A stretch of 64,000 nt of DNA. It comes from Macrostomum lignano (Eukaryota). Each line of letters starts with the position of its first letter. Position 1 is the stretch's first letter. The translations under genes and the position numbers were made by a program. Shown here one piece after another: positions 1-12,300 of this stretch. The stretch lies in NCBI GenBank assembly GCA_002269645.1, contig NIVC01001205.1, forward strand, positions 272,038-336,037. The letters are read 5' to 3'. The notes beneath the pieces were generated by a model. The model searched no databases. It was not told the DNA's origin and was given only the letters and a program-made list of their open reading frames with translations.

Positions 1-384
1 ATTTCATTGTGTTGATATATAAATTCCAGCTAACTCTAGCATAGTCCTAAGTCAGTTTTAAAGATTTTTTCTTAATTTGAGAATCAAATTCTTCTACAAT
101 GACTGATTTGTTTACTCCTTAACTTTGAAGCATTTATTTTAAATTTTCTATTTCAACCACAATTTTAGCATAAAAATTTTTATCGAATAGAATAAATATT
201 AAACATATCATAAAGAATCAAATTATAAAAAATCTAGAATTAATTAATATTTTAGATAAGTATCATATCAGTAATTCATGCAGGCGTGACAAACCTTATT
301 AAAAGAATAATATTGCAAATTTTATAAAGCGATTTTTATTTTAACAATGAAAATATTATTTTTAAAATCTCCCAATCTATCTAG

Positions 385-3300
385 GCAGCCGAATGCGCTC
401 AGAACCGTTCGACTTTAAGGAGTCAGATGTTGGCCACATTGACGACATCATCGATGCACTACATGAGCTTGTGAGCTGAAAATTATATAAAAATTCATAT
501 TGTTCTTTTAATACTCAGTCGATTCCAATGTAATAAATCATATCGATTTTTTTAACGCAGGAACTGCACAGAAACAAAGCGAAAGACATCCTTGAAACTG
601 AAACTATCAAGTGCTGCGCAGTGCGGCACAAGCTGATGCACTATCCTGACGAAATCAATCGCGAGATTCATGGTTGGTGCTCGATAAGTTTCACCTGAGT
701 TTTCTGCTAGGGGGGGGGGGTAGATTGGGCCATAGATGGGAGTGGGAATTTATTGAGAGATCTCTACTTTACTGTGTAAAGATATCTACTTGCTTATACG
801 ATTGTGAGTGAATCTGTATGAAAAGCCGGTTTATAGGTAGAGGGACGGATCTTACTGGTGGGTAGGGGGCGGATCTTACTGATGGGTAGGGAGCGGATCT
901 TACTGATGGGTAGGGGGGCGGATCTTACTGATGGGTAGGGGGCGGATTTTACTGATGGGTAGGGAGCGGATCTTACTGATGGGTAGGGGGCGGATCTTAC
1001 TGATGCGTAGGGGGCGGATCTTACTGATGCGTAGGGGGCGGATCTTACTGATGGGTAGGGGGCGGATTTTACTGATGGGTAGGGGGCGGATCTTACTGAT
1101 GGGTAGGGGGGCGGATCTTACTGATGGGTAGGGGGGCGGATCTTACTGATGGGTAGGGGGCGGATTTTACTGATGGGTAGGGAGCGGATCTTACTGATGG
1201 GTAGGGGGCGGATCTTACTGATGGGTAGGGAGCGGATCTTACTGATGGGTAGGGGGGCGGATCTTACTGATGGGTAGGGGGCGGATTTTACTGATGGGTA
1301 GGGAGCGGATCTTACTGATGGGTAGGGGGCGGATCTTACTGATGCGTAGGGGGCGGATCTTACTGATGCGTAGGGGGCGGATCTTACTGATGGGTAGGGG
1401 GCGGATTTTACTGATGGGTAGGGGGCGGATCTTACTGATGGGTAGGGGGCGGATCTTACTGATGGGTAGGGAGCGGATCTCACTGATGGGTAGGGGCGGA
1501 TTATGACTGATAGGTGGGACTTTGACCACCCGCCCCTCCCCCAAACGCACCGCAGAGGCCGTCAAAGCTGCCAGATCCCTGAACGAAGACACAATCAATG
1601 GACTGAAGCGACAGCTGCAGGATATTATTGATGAAATTGAATATCTGGAGACTCACGCCAAGCAGCTGGATGCGGAGACCGAGGGTCTGGGGTGAGTTCA
1701 ATTTATATATTCTATCGTTTAAAATGAAAAATTTGTACTTAAAAAGAAGAAGAGGGAGGAGAGAGGAGAGGGGAGAGGGAAGAGAGATGAGAAGGGAGAT
1801 AGAAAAGAGGAGAAGGGAAATAGAAGAGAGGAGAAGGGAGATGGAAGAGAGGAGAAGGGAGATTGAAGAGAGGAGAAGGGAGATTGAAGAGAGGAAAAGG
1901 AAGATGGAAGAGAGGAAAAGGAAGATGGAAGAGAGGAAAAGGAAGATGGAAGAGAGGAAAAGGAAGATGGAAGAGAGGAAAAGGAAGATGGAAGAGAGGA
2001 AAAGGAAGATGGAAGAGAGGAGAAGGGAGATGGAAGAGAGGAGAAGGGAGATTGAAGAGAGGAGAAGGGAGATTGAAGAGAGGAGAAGGGAGATGGAAGA
2101 GAGGAGAAGGGAGATGGAAGAGAGGAAAAGGGAGATGGAAGAGAGGAGAAGGGAGATTGAAGAGAGGAGAGGAGAGAGAGAAAGGAGAAGGGGGGAGGGG
2201 AGGGTTCAGAGAGGAGAGTGGGCTATTGGTGGAGAATTGAAAGATGCAGAGGAAAATGAGAGAATGGTAAACCGGAGCACGCAGACCTGCACACAGCCGT
2301 TGCAGTTCTCAGGCTCCAGTCAGCCAGCCCATGAAATTTCACACCTAAAATCAAATCCTACAGGCCCGAGCGAGACGTGATAAAGCTGGTGTTCGAGGCC
2401 GAAGTGGCCAAACTAAATGAGCGCCTCGCTGACAAGGCTGGCGAGCAGATCTCGTTGAACGAGAATCGAGACACGGTGCGCTCAGCCAATGTGAACATCG
2501 TGGACTTGGAGGAGGACGTTGTCCGATTGAAGGAGCAGATGGTGGTGGAGCGAGCGCAACACCGTGAGACCAAACAGAAACTGGCAGAGGAGACGGTGAG
2601 ACAAAGTTTTAACTTGCGGTCCTAATCTGAGAGCTACTTTATTTGAGATGGGGGCGCCATTTCATTTGAGATGAGAAGCGCCATTTCATTTGAGATGAGG
2701 GGCGCCATTTCATTTGAGATGAGTGGCGCCATTTCATTTGAGATGAGGGGCGCCATTTCATTTGAGATGAGTGGCGCCATTTCATTTGAGATGAGGGGCG
2801 CCATTTCATTTGAGATGAGTGGCGCCATTTCATTTGAGATGAGGGGGGGGGGGCGCCATTTCATTTGAGATGAGGGGGGCCATTTCATTTGAGATGAGGG
2901 GGGCGCCATTTCATTTGAGATGAGGGGGCGCCATTTCATTTGAGATGAGGGGGGGGGGCGCCATTTCATTTGAGATGAGGGGGGGGCGCCATTTCATTTG
3001 AGATGAGGGGGGGGGCGCCATTTCATTTGAGATGAGGGGGGCGCCATTTCATTTGAGATGAGGGGGGCGCCATTTCATTTGAGATGAGGGGCGCCATTTT
3101 ATTTGAGATGAGTGGCGCCATTCCATTTGAGATGAGGGGCGCCATTTTATTTGAGATGAGTGGCGCCATTCCATTTGAGATGGGGGGCGCCATTTCATTT
3201 GAGATGAGGGGGGGGCGCCATTTTATTTGAGATGAGTGGCGCCATTTCATTTAAATTTATTGATGTCCTAATCTAAACAAAAGTGAGCTATTACACATAG

Positions 3301-6300
3301 TTTCCATTTTTCTTACTATAAGTAGGGAAAGCCGAATTTTAATATCAGAATTTATCTCGAATTCCTTTGTCAAATTCACAGGGCGAAACTGTGCAAAAAT
3401 TCAACGCCCAAAAGGAGAAAAATGACGAGAAGAAGCAGGTGCTTGCTGAGGTCAGCGTGGAGCTGGCGGAGACCACGAAGGAGAGGAACGACCTCACCAA
3501 GGTGAGTAATTGTGGGTGTCTGTAGGGGTCACTGGCGGGTGTCTGTGGGGGTCAGTGGTGTGTGTCTGTAGGTCAGTAGGTGGTCAGAGGGTGTCTGTAG
3601 GTGGTTAGAGGGTGTCTGTAGGGGGTCAGAGGGTGTCTGTAGGTGGTTAGAGGGTGTCTGTAGGGGGTCAGAGGGTGTCTGTAGGTGGTTAGAGGGTGTC
3701 TGTAGGGGTCAGAGGGTGTCTGTAGGGGTCAGAGGGTGTCTGTAGGGGGTCAGAGGGTGTCTGTAGGGGGTCAGAGGGTGTCTGTAGGGGTCAGAGGGTG
3801 TCTGTAGGGGGTCAGAGGGTGTCTGTAGGGGGTTAGAGGGTGTCTGTAGGGGGTCAGAGGGTGTCTGTAGGGGGTCAGAGGGTGTCTGTAGGGGGTCAAA
3901 GGGTGTCTGTAGGGGGTCAAAGGGTGTCTGTAGGGGGTCAAAGGGTGTCTGTAGCCTCTTCCCGCATCTTCCCCATCGTCCAGCAAAAGCAGAAGCTGGA
4001 AGAGAAGAACTCCAGTCTGGAGGCGCAGGAGGCGGACACTCGCCAACGAATCGAGCGACAGATGGAGCGGAACAAGACGCTGCGAGATGAAATGTAAGCA
4101 TTGACATGGCTGCTCAAGTTTCAAGACGACACGTATCTGATACCAAAAGCATGACTCATATCTATCTATTTTTAGCGAGCGAATTCGTCAGCTGAACAAA
4201 TCAATGACTGAAAATCACCAGCGACTCATGGCGCAGATGAAGAAGTCTGTCGAGGATTTCAATGAGAAAAGTCGGCGACAGGAGAAGCGACGGGACCTGA
4301 GCATTCAGAAGAAGGAGGAACTCAGTGATGGTGAGTTGAGATGGGACCTGAGCATCCAGAAGAAAGTGGAACTCAGAGATGGTGAGTTGAGATGGGACCT
4401 GAGCATTCAGAAGAAAGTGGAACTCAGAGATGGTGAGTTGAGATGGGACTTGAGCATCCAGAAGAAAGTGGAACTCAAGGATGGTTATCATCCACTAGAA
4501 CTGGGGCTGTATTCTCAATAACTGCTCCCCATCACACAACTCGCAGTACTCCACGAGGCCCTTCTGGTTCGTGAGCAGGATGCCAAGACAGTCCGAGAGA
4601 AAAGCGAAGAGTAAGAATAATATTTATATATTTTATATCTGCTTTGCTGACAAACTTGATAGTAGTATGTCCTGTGTTAACTGTGTTACCCTTAGTGGAA
4701 TCCCCCTGAGGAATTCCCCTTAGAGGAATCCCCCTCAGTGGAATCCCCCTAATTGGAATCCCCCCTCAGAGGAATCCCCCTCAGAGGAATTCCCCTCATT
4801 GGAATCCTCCTCAGTCGAATCTCCCTTAGAGAAATGCTCCTGTGGAATTCCCCCTCAGAGGAATCCCCCTCCTTGAAACCCCCTCAGAGGAATCCCCCTC
4901 CTTGAAACCCCCTCAGAGGAATCCCCCTCCTTTAAACCCCCTCAGAGGAATCCCCCTCCTTTAAACCCCCCTCAGAGGAATCCCCCTCCTTTAAACCCCC
5001 TCAGAGGAATCCCCCTCCTTGAAACCCCCTCAGAGGAATCCCCCTCCTTGAAACCCCCCTCAGAGGAATCCCCCTCCTTTAAACCCCCCTCAGAGGAATC
5101 CCCCTCCTTTAAACCCCCCTCAGAGGAATCCCCCTCCTTGAAACCCCCCTCAGAGGAATCCCCCTCCTTTAAACCCCCCTCAGAGGAATCCCCTCCTTTA
5201 AACCCCCCTCAGAGGAATCCCCCTCCTTTAAACCCCCCTCAGAGGAATCCTCTGTGGAATTAGTTTTAGTGGAATCCCCCTCAGAGGAATCCCCCTGTGG
5301 AATCAGTATCAGTGGAATTCCCCTCATTGGAATTCCCCCTCAGTGGAACCCGCTTCAGAGGAATCCCCTGTGGAATCCCCTGTGAAATCCATCAGTGGAT
5401 TTAGGCAATCTAAATTTCAAACACCGGTTTCACCTCAGTATCTTTTGTTTTGACAAAACTTTACACTCCTTACAAAACTGTGAACAGGAAGACAGGTAAG
5501 TGTGAACCGTATGACCAAACGTACATGCAGATGAACTGCAGTCAACAGTTTTAATTCTTGTGCGAGCGCTTATTCTTGTCTGTCTTGTAGAGAACTTTCA
5601 AGGGCTAATAAGCCGATATATCTTTACTTTGTTGCTGTACTATCAGTTATTGATTACTTGCTTCTGCACTTTTTCATGCAGACTTCTTTTGTCGGTTTGT
5701 GTTACTGCCTGCCTGTCACATTTTGTCACTGTCCATGTGTCACTTACAGCCCTATGTGGGCGGTTGCAAGTTTTGCTCTGAGTTGAAAGTGCTAGAACTG
5801 TCCCGAATCCAATCTTTTCAATCCAATTTCACCCTATCCTATCCAATCTCACACATCCCATCCAATCTCACCCCATCCCATCCAATCTCACCCTATCCCA
5901 TACAATTACACCCTATCCCATCCAATCTCACCCTATCTCATCCAATCTTCTCACCCTATCCCATCCAATCTCACCCTATCCCATACAATCTCACCCTATC
6001 TCATCCAATCTTCTCACCCTATCCCATCCAATCTCACCCTATCCCATACAATCTCACCCTATCTCATCCAATCTTCTCACCCTATCCCATCCAATCTCAC
6101 CCTATCTCATCCAATCTTCTCACCCTATCCCATCCAATCTCACCCATCCCATTCAATCTCACCCAATCCCATCCCATTCAATCTCACCCCATCCCATCCA
6201 ATCTCACCCGATCCCATCCAATCTCACCCCATCCCATTCAATCTCACTCGATCCCATCCAATCTCACCCCATCCCATCCAATCTCACCCCATCCCATCCA

Positions 6301-9300
6301 ATCTCACCCCATCCCATCCAATCTCACCCCATCCCATTCAATCTCACCCGATCCCATCCCGTCCAGTCTCATCCCATCCTGTTAAACCCGAGCCAACAGT
6401 GCAAAGCCGTAAGGACACGCAGTACTCAAAGCATTACAATTCCACCCTAGCCAATCGTTGTTGGATCAAATTTTAATCAACCAGAACTTCATTGCGAAAC
6501 TTTTCAGACTGCAGGAGGCCAGAAATGACCTCGCCTCCAAGGCTGAAGACATTGGCAGACTGCAGCAGGAAATTATCGATATGGAGAATCGCAGAATGGA
6601 GCTGGCGGACGCTCACAGGTGAGAGGGTGGAGGCGACGGTGTCTGCTAACTAGTGCTAATTAGGGTTCTAATTGTGTGCTAATTGGGGTACCAATTGGTA
6701 AGCTAATTGGTGTGCAAATTGGTTTGCGAATCGGTGTGATAATTAGGGTTTTAATTAGGTTCTAATTGGGGTTCCAACCGGGTGCTAATTGGGGTTCTAA
6801 TTGGTGTGCTAATTGGTGTGCCTTATTATTGATGTACTAATGACCATATTTATATTACGCTTGTAATAAAAATACTGCAACAGGTGCTGAATTATGAAGT
6901 TTTCATCAATAAAACTCAAACTTCTTAAAATGCAGAGTTCACATGATATTAAAAATCACTTTCGCAACCTCTATTGAAGCCGAAGCTGAGAGCAAAATGA
7001 TAACAACAGCAATTAACTGCTCATCAACTGTTCCCAATAATCCCAAATCATCGCAGGGCCAAGGATGAGGGTTGGATCAACCAATCATCTCAGTCGTCTG
7101 ACAGGTATTGTGACTGCTTTTTGTGCGGATGTCAACATCGCCTCGCAGCCATGGCAAATGAGGATTCGAATTACTTAAGGTCTTAATCCATCCAATTATC
7201 CCTAATTTCTGATATCCCATCTTTAATCCCTATAATCTCCCATCTTGAATCTCTAAGCTCCCATCCCTAATCTCAAATCTCTCATCTCTAATCTCAAAAT
7301 CTCCCATCCCTAATCTCTAATCTCCCACTCTTAATCGCTAATCTCCCATTCTTAATCTCCAATCTCCCATCCCTAATCTCTAATCTCCCATTCTTAATCT
7401 GTAGTCTCCCATCCCTAGTCTCGAATCTCCCATCCTTAGTTTTAAGTCTCCCATCCCAAAGCTCAAATATCCCATTCCTAATCTCCCATTCCAAATCTCG
7501 GAACTCCCAACACCTTTCCAATTCTTCCTGAGTAAAAATCCCCATAGGAAGATCCCACCCAGATGGGAAATTCTGGCTTCAGTCGGCCACAAAGAACCGA
7601 TTAAGAAATGTTTTTGAAAACTTTCTCAATCAGCAAATCCCAGCGCGTGTCGTGGCTGCTCAGCGGCACGGCGCCGTCAGGTGCGGGGTTCGATCCTCGC
7701 GCCGATCCAGAGGAGATTCAGCGCACTGTGGCGAAGCACCGACAGCTCAGACAGGCGGCCCAGAGACCGGCGACAGAGTTCGGCCTGTAATGACAGACGG
7801 GGGTCACAGCTCAGAGACAGAGGGGGGTCACAGCTGAGAGACAGACGGGGTCACAGCTAAGAGACAGACGGGGTCACAGCTAAGAGACAGACGGGGTCAC
7901 AGCTGAGAGACAGACGTGGTCACAGCTAAGAGACAGATGGGGTCACAGCTGAGAGACAGAGGGGGTCACAGGTCAGTGTGGCAGAGGGGGTCACAGGTCA
8001 GTGTGGCAGAGGGGGTCACAGCTGAGAGACAGACGTGGTCACAGCTAAGAGACAGATGGGGTCACAGCTGAGAGACAGAGGGGGTCACAGCTAAGAGACA
8101 GATGGGGTCACAGCTGAGAGACAGAGGGGGTCACAGGTCAGTGTGGCAGAGGGGGTCACAGCTGAGAGACAGACGTGGTTACAGCTAAGAGACAGATGGG
8201 GTCACAGCTGAGAGACAGAGGGGGTCACAGGTCAGTGTGGCAGAGGGGGTCACAGCTGAGAGACAGACGGGGTCACAGCTAAGAGACATACGGGGTCACA
8301 GCTGAGAGACATACGGGGTCACAGCTAAGAGACATACGGGGTCACAGCTAAGAGACATACGGGGTCACAGCTGAGAGACATACGGGGTCACAGCTGAGAG
8401 ACATACGGGGTCACAGCTAAGAGACATACGGGGTCACAGCTAAGAGACATACGGGGTCACAGCTAAGAGACATACGGGGTCACAGCTAAGAGACATACGG
8501 GGTCACAGCTGAGAGACAGACGGGGTCACAGCTAAGGGACAGACGGGGTCACAGCTAAGAGACAGACGTGGTCACAGCTGAGAGACAGACGGGGTCACAG
8601 CTAAGAAACAGATGGGGTCACAGCTGAGAGACAGGGGGTCACAGGTCAGTGTGGCAGAGGGGGTCACAGCTGAGAGACAGACGGGGTCACAGCTGAGAGA
8701 CAGAGGGGTCACAGGTCAGTGTGGCAGAGGGGGTCACAGGTCAGTGTGACAGAGACTCGAGCTTACAGAAAAATTAACAGAGGGGTTCACGACTTGTGTA
8801 GCTGGCTACATTACCTAGAAGAGTAAATATGCACAATTGCTACACAATATTATGATCTATCTAATTTAAATCCTCTACAACACATGGTAGACCCTTCAAT
8901 ATTGGCACTGCTACAACTTAAAAAAATCGTTTTAAACCCATTAAAATCTGGTCATTATTATTTAGAGATTTGCCATGAATTCCGTTTTGCACATGACTTA
9001 GTTTAATTGTATTTTGTTAAAACGACTGTCATTCATTTTTTGGCACCAGTTTGCTGTTGCTTTTCTAGAAAATTTTGCGTGAACAAAAAATTTTAATTTT
9101 AAGAACCGAAAATTTGATTTGCTGTCTTAAATTATGTGCCTCAAAACTATTGCAGTGTTTGTTTAAAACGTGCTGCCATTCAAATATAATTTAACAATTT
9201 CCCCTCAGGTCCGCTGTTTTGACTTACAACAAGCAGATCGCCGAGATGAAAGAGCAGCTGACAAGGGAGCGAAGCGAGCGGTGAGAAAATCTGCAATACA

Positions 9301-12300
9301 CTACTGATAATCGACGTTCGACTATAAGTAGTCTCTAGCATGGATGAAAAAATTGTCCATTCGCTGAAAAAATGCATTTAGAAAGTCAGTTTCCCGATAC
9401 CTTACCGATCCTGGCAGGGGCGTCGCCATGGTTTTTATGGTGGGGGGGGCAAAGCCAAGAATTCTACATGTACATCATTTTGAGAATCGGTGTTGTCAGC
9501 ACTCATTTTAGCGCCACAGGCACTCATTTTAGCGCCGCAGGCACTCATTTTAGCGCCGCAGGCACGCATTTTAGCGCCGCAAGCAGGCATTCGTTTTTGC
9601 GCCGCAGGCAGTCACTCATTTTAGCGCCGTAGGCAGGCATTCGTTTTTGCGCCGCAGGCAGTCACTCATTTTAGCGCCACAGGCACTCATTTTAGCGCCA
9701 CAGGCACTCATTTTAGCGCCGCAGGCACGCATTTTGGCGCCGCAAGCAGGCATTCGTTTTTGCGCCGCAGGCAGTCACTCATTTTAGCGCCGTAGCCACT
9801 CATTTTGGCGCAGCAGGCACTCATTTTAGCGCCGTAGCCACTCATTTTGGCGCAGCAGGCACTCATTTTAGCGCCGCAGGCAGTCACTCATTTAGCGCCG
9901 CAAGCAGGCATTCGTTTTGGCGCCGCAGGCACCCATTTTAGCGCCGCAGCAGGCACTCATTTTAGCGCCACAGGCACTCATTTTAGCGCCGCAGGCACTC
10001 ATTTTAGCGCCGCAGGCACTCATTTTAGCGCCGCAGGCACTCATTTTAGCGCCACAGGCACTCATTTTAGCGCCACAGGCACTCATTTTAGCGCCGCAGG
10101 CACTCATTTTAGCGCCACAGGCACTCATTTTAGCGCCGCAGGCACTCATTTTAGCGCCACAGGCACTCATTTTAGCGCCGCAGGCACTCATTTTAGCGCC
10201 GCAGGCACTCATTTTAGCGCCACAGGCACTCATTTTAGCGCCGCAGGCACTCATTTTGGCGCCGCAGGTACTCATTTTGGCAACCTGAAGCAAAACTTTT
10301 GGTTTCCATAACGGGCCACAAAGTGGGGTGGGGAGACAAAGCATTGGCATGTCACCCCATAGCTTTTACTAGGAGGACATGCCCCCTATCCCCCAGTGGC
10401 GACGCCCATGTCTCCTGGACTTCTATGGGAAAACTCAAAATGCTGAATAATTTTTCCCAATTCCCCATGAACTTGCAGAATGACGGTGCAGGACACAAAC
10501 GACAAGCTGCAGGATACCATTGACAAGTTTAACAAAGAGCAGAACGCTTTTACCCGGCAGATGAACAAGCTCATTACGGATTTGAAGCACGAGAACGTTG
10601 CGCTTAATGATGAGGTGAGTGCGGTGTCTTCTTATATCTAAGTATCCGGGTGCCATGCAGTGCGACACTGCGTGCTCAGTGGTCACATCGGAGTAGGCAA
10701 AGCTGGTTGTCTACAAGTATTTGCGGGTTGCCGGTCTGCCCTCTGCTGTCTATGACATACAGTGTCTGCTGTCTATGACATACAGTGTCTGCTTTTTATG
10801 AAACACAATGTCTGCTGTCTATGACATACAGTTTCTGCTGTCTATGACATACAGTTTCTGCTGTTTATGACATACAGTGTCTGCTGTCTATGACATACAG
10901 TGTCTGCTGTCTATGACATACAGTGTCTGCTTTTTATGAAACACAATGTCTGCTGTCTATGACATACAGTTTCTGCTGTCTATGACATACAGTTTCTGCT
11001 GTTTATGACATACAGTGTCTGCTGTCTATGACATACAGTGTCTGCTGTCTAAGACACACAGCCTGCTGTCTAAGACACACAGCCTACTATCTATGACACA
11101 CAGTCTGCGGTCTAAGACACAGTCTGCTGTCTATGACACAGTCTGCTGTCTATGACACAAATTTCCCCCTCGCCCCCCGCAGCACAACGAGCTGGTCGGC
11201 AAGATCAAAGAGGACACCGACCGGCGAGCCAGGCTAGAGGGCGAGCTGGAACGCGGCAGGCGCGACTTCGCCGAGGTCACAAAACAGAAGGAGGGCATAA
11301 TTGATTTCCTAGAAAGAGACCTGGAGCGCCTGGGCCAGGACCGGACCGACCGGAGCCGGGAGCTCGAGGAGCTGCTGCCGAAGTTCGCCGAATTCGAAGC
11401 GTTCTTCGATCGAACCCTGGCCGACTACGACGCTTTGAAAAAGAAAATTGTGGCGCTGAAGAACCGGAAGACCGGTCTGGAGGAGAGCTCGAAACGGACC
11501 GACTCGCAGATTGGCCAGCTGGGCAATGAGATCTCCGAGCTGGAGCGCGAGAAGCAGAGAAAGCTTGCTCAGGCCGAGCGACAGCTCGAAGAGCTCGCCG
11601 AAGAGAGGATGCGGTCTGAGAAGGACATCTACTCGCTCGGTTGCAAGCTCAAAACTGTGCTGGAGGAGAATGCTAGACTGCGCAATGGAATTCAAGGGTG
11701 CGGACTTAAGGGGCCTCGGGTTGGGTGTGGGATTCGCTGTGCTATGATGGGGTGTGGGATTCCCTGCGCTATGATGGGGTGTGGGATTCGCTGCGCTATG
11801 ATAGGGTGTGGGATTCGCTGCGCTATGATGGGGTGTGGGATTCCCTGCGCTATGATGGGTGTGGGATTCGCTGTGCTATGATGGGGTGTAAGGATTCACT
11901 GCGCTATGATAGGGTGTGGTATTGATTCACCTATGATTGGGTGTGGGATTCACTGCGCTATGATGGGGTGTGGGATTCACTGCGCTATGATGGGGTGTGG
12001 GATTCACTATGCTATGATGGGGCGTGGGATTGATTCACTTAAGGATGGGGTGTGGGATTCACTGAGCTATGATGGGGTGTGGGATTGATTCACTTAAGGA
12101 TGGGGTGTGGGATTCACTGAGCTATGATGGGGTGTGGGATTCACTGAGCTATGATGGGGTGTGGGATTCACTGCGCTATGATGGGGTGTGGGATTCACTA
12201 TGCTATGATGGGGTGTGGGATTCACTATGCTATGATGGGGCGTGGGATTGATTCACTTAAGGATGGGGTGTGGGATTCACTGAGCTATGATGGGGTGTGG

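Noticed and set aside
5488-5500. Possible 8-nt micro-exon AACAG|GAAGACAG|GTAAG in intron 8
   Set aside because: It would shift the frame; exons 8 and 9 already join in phase.
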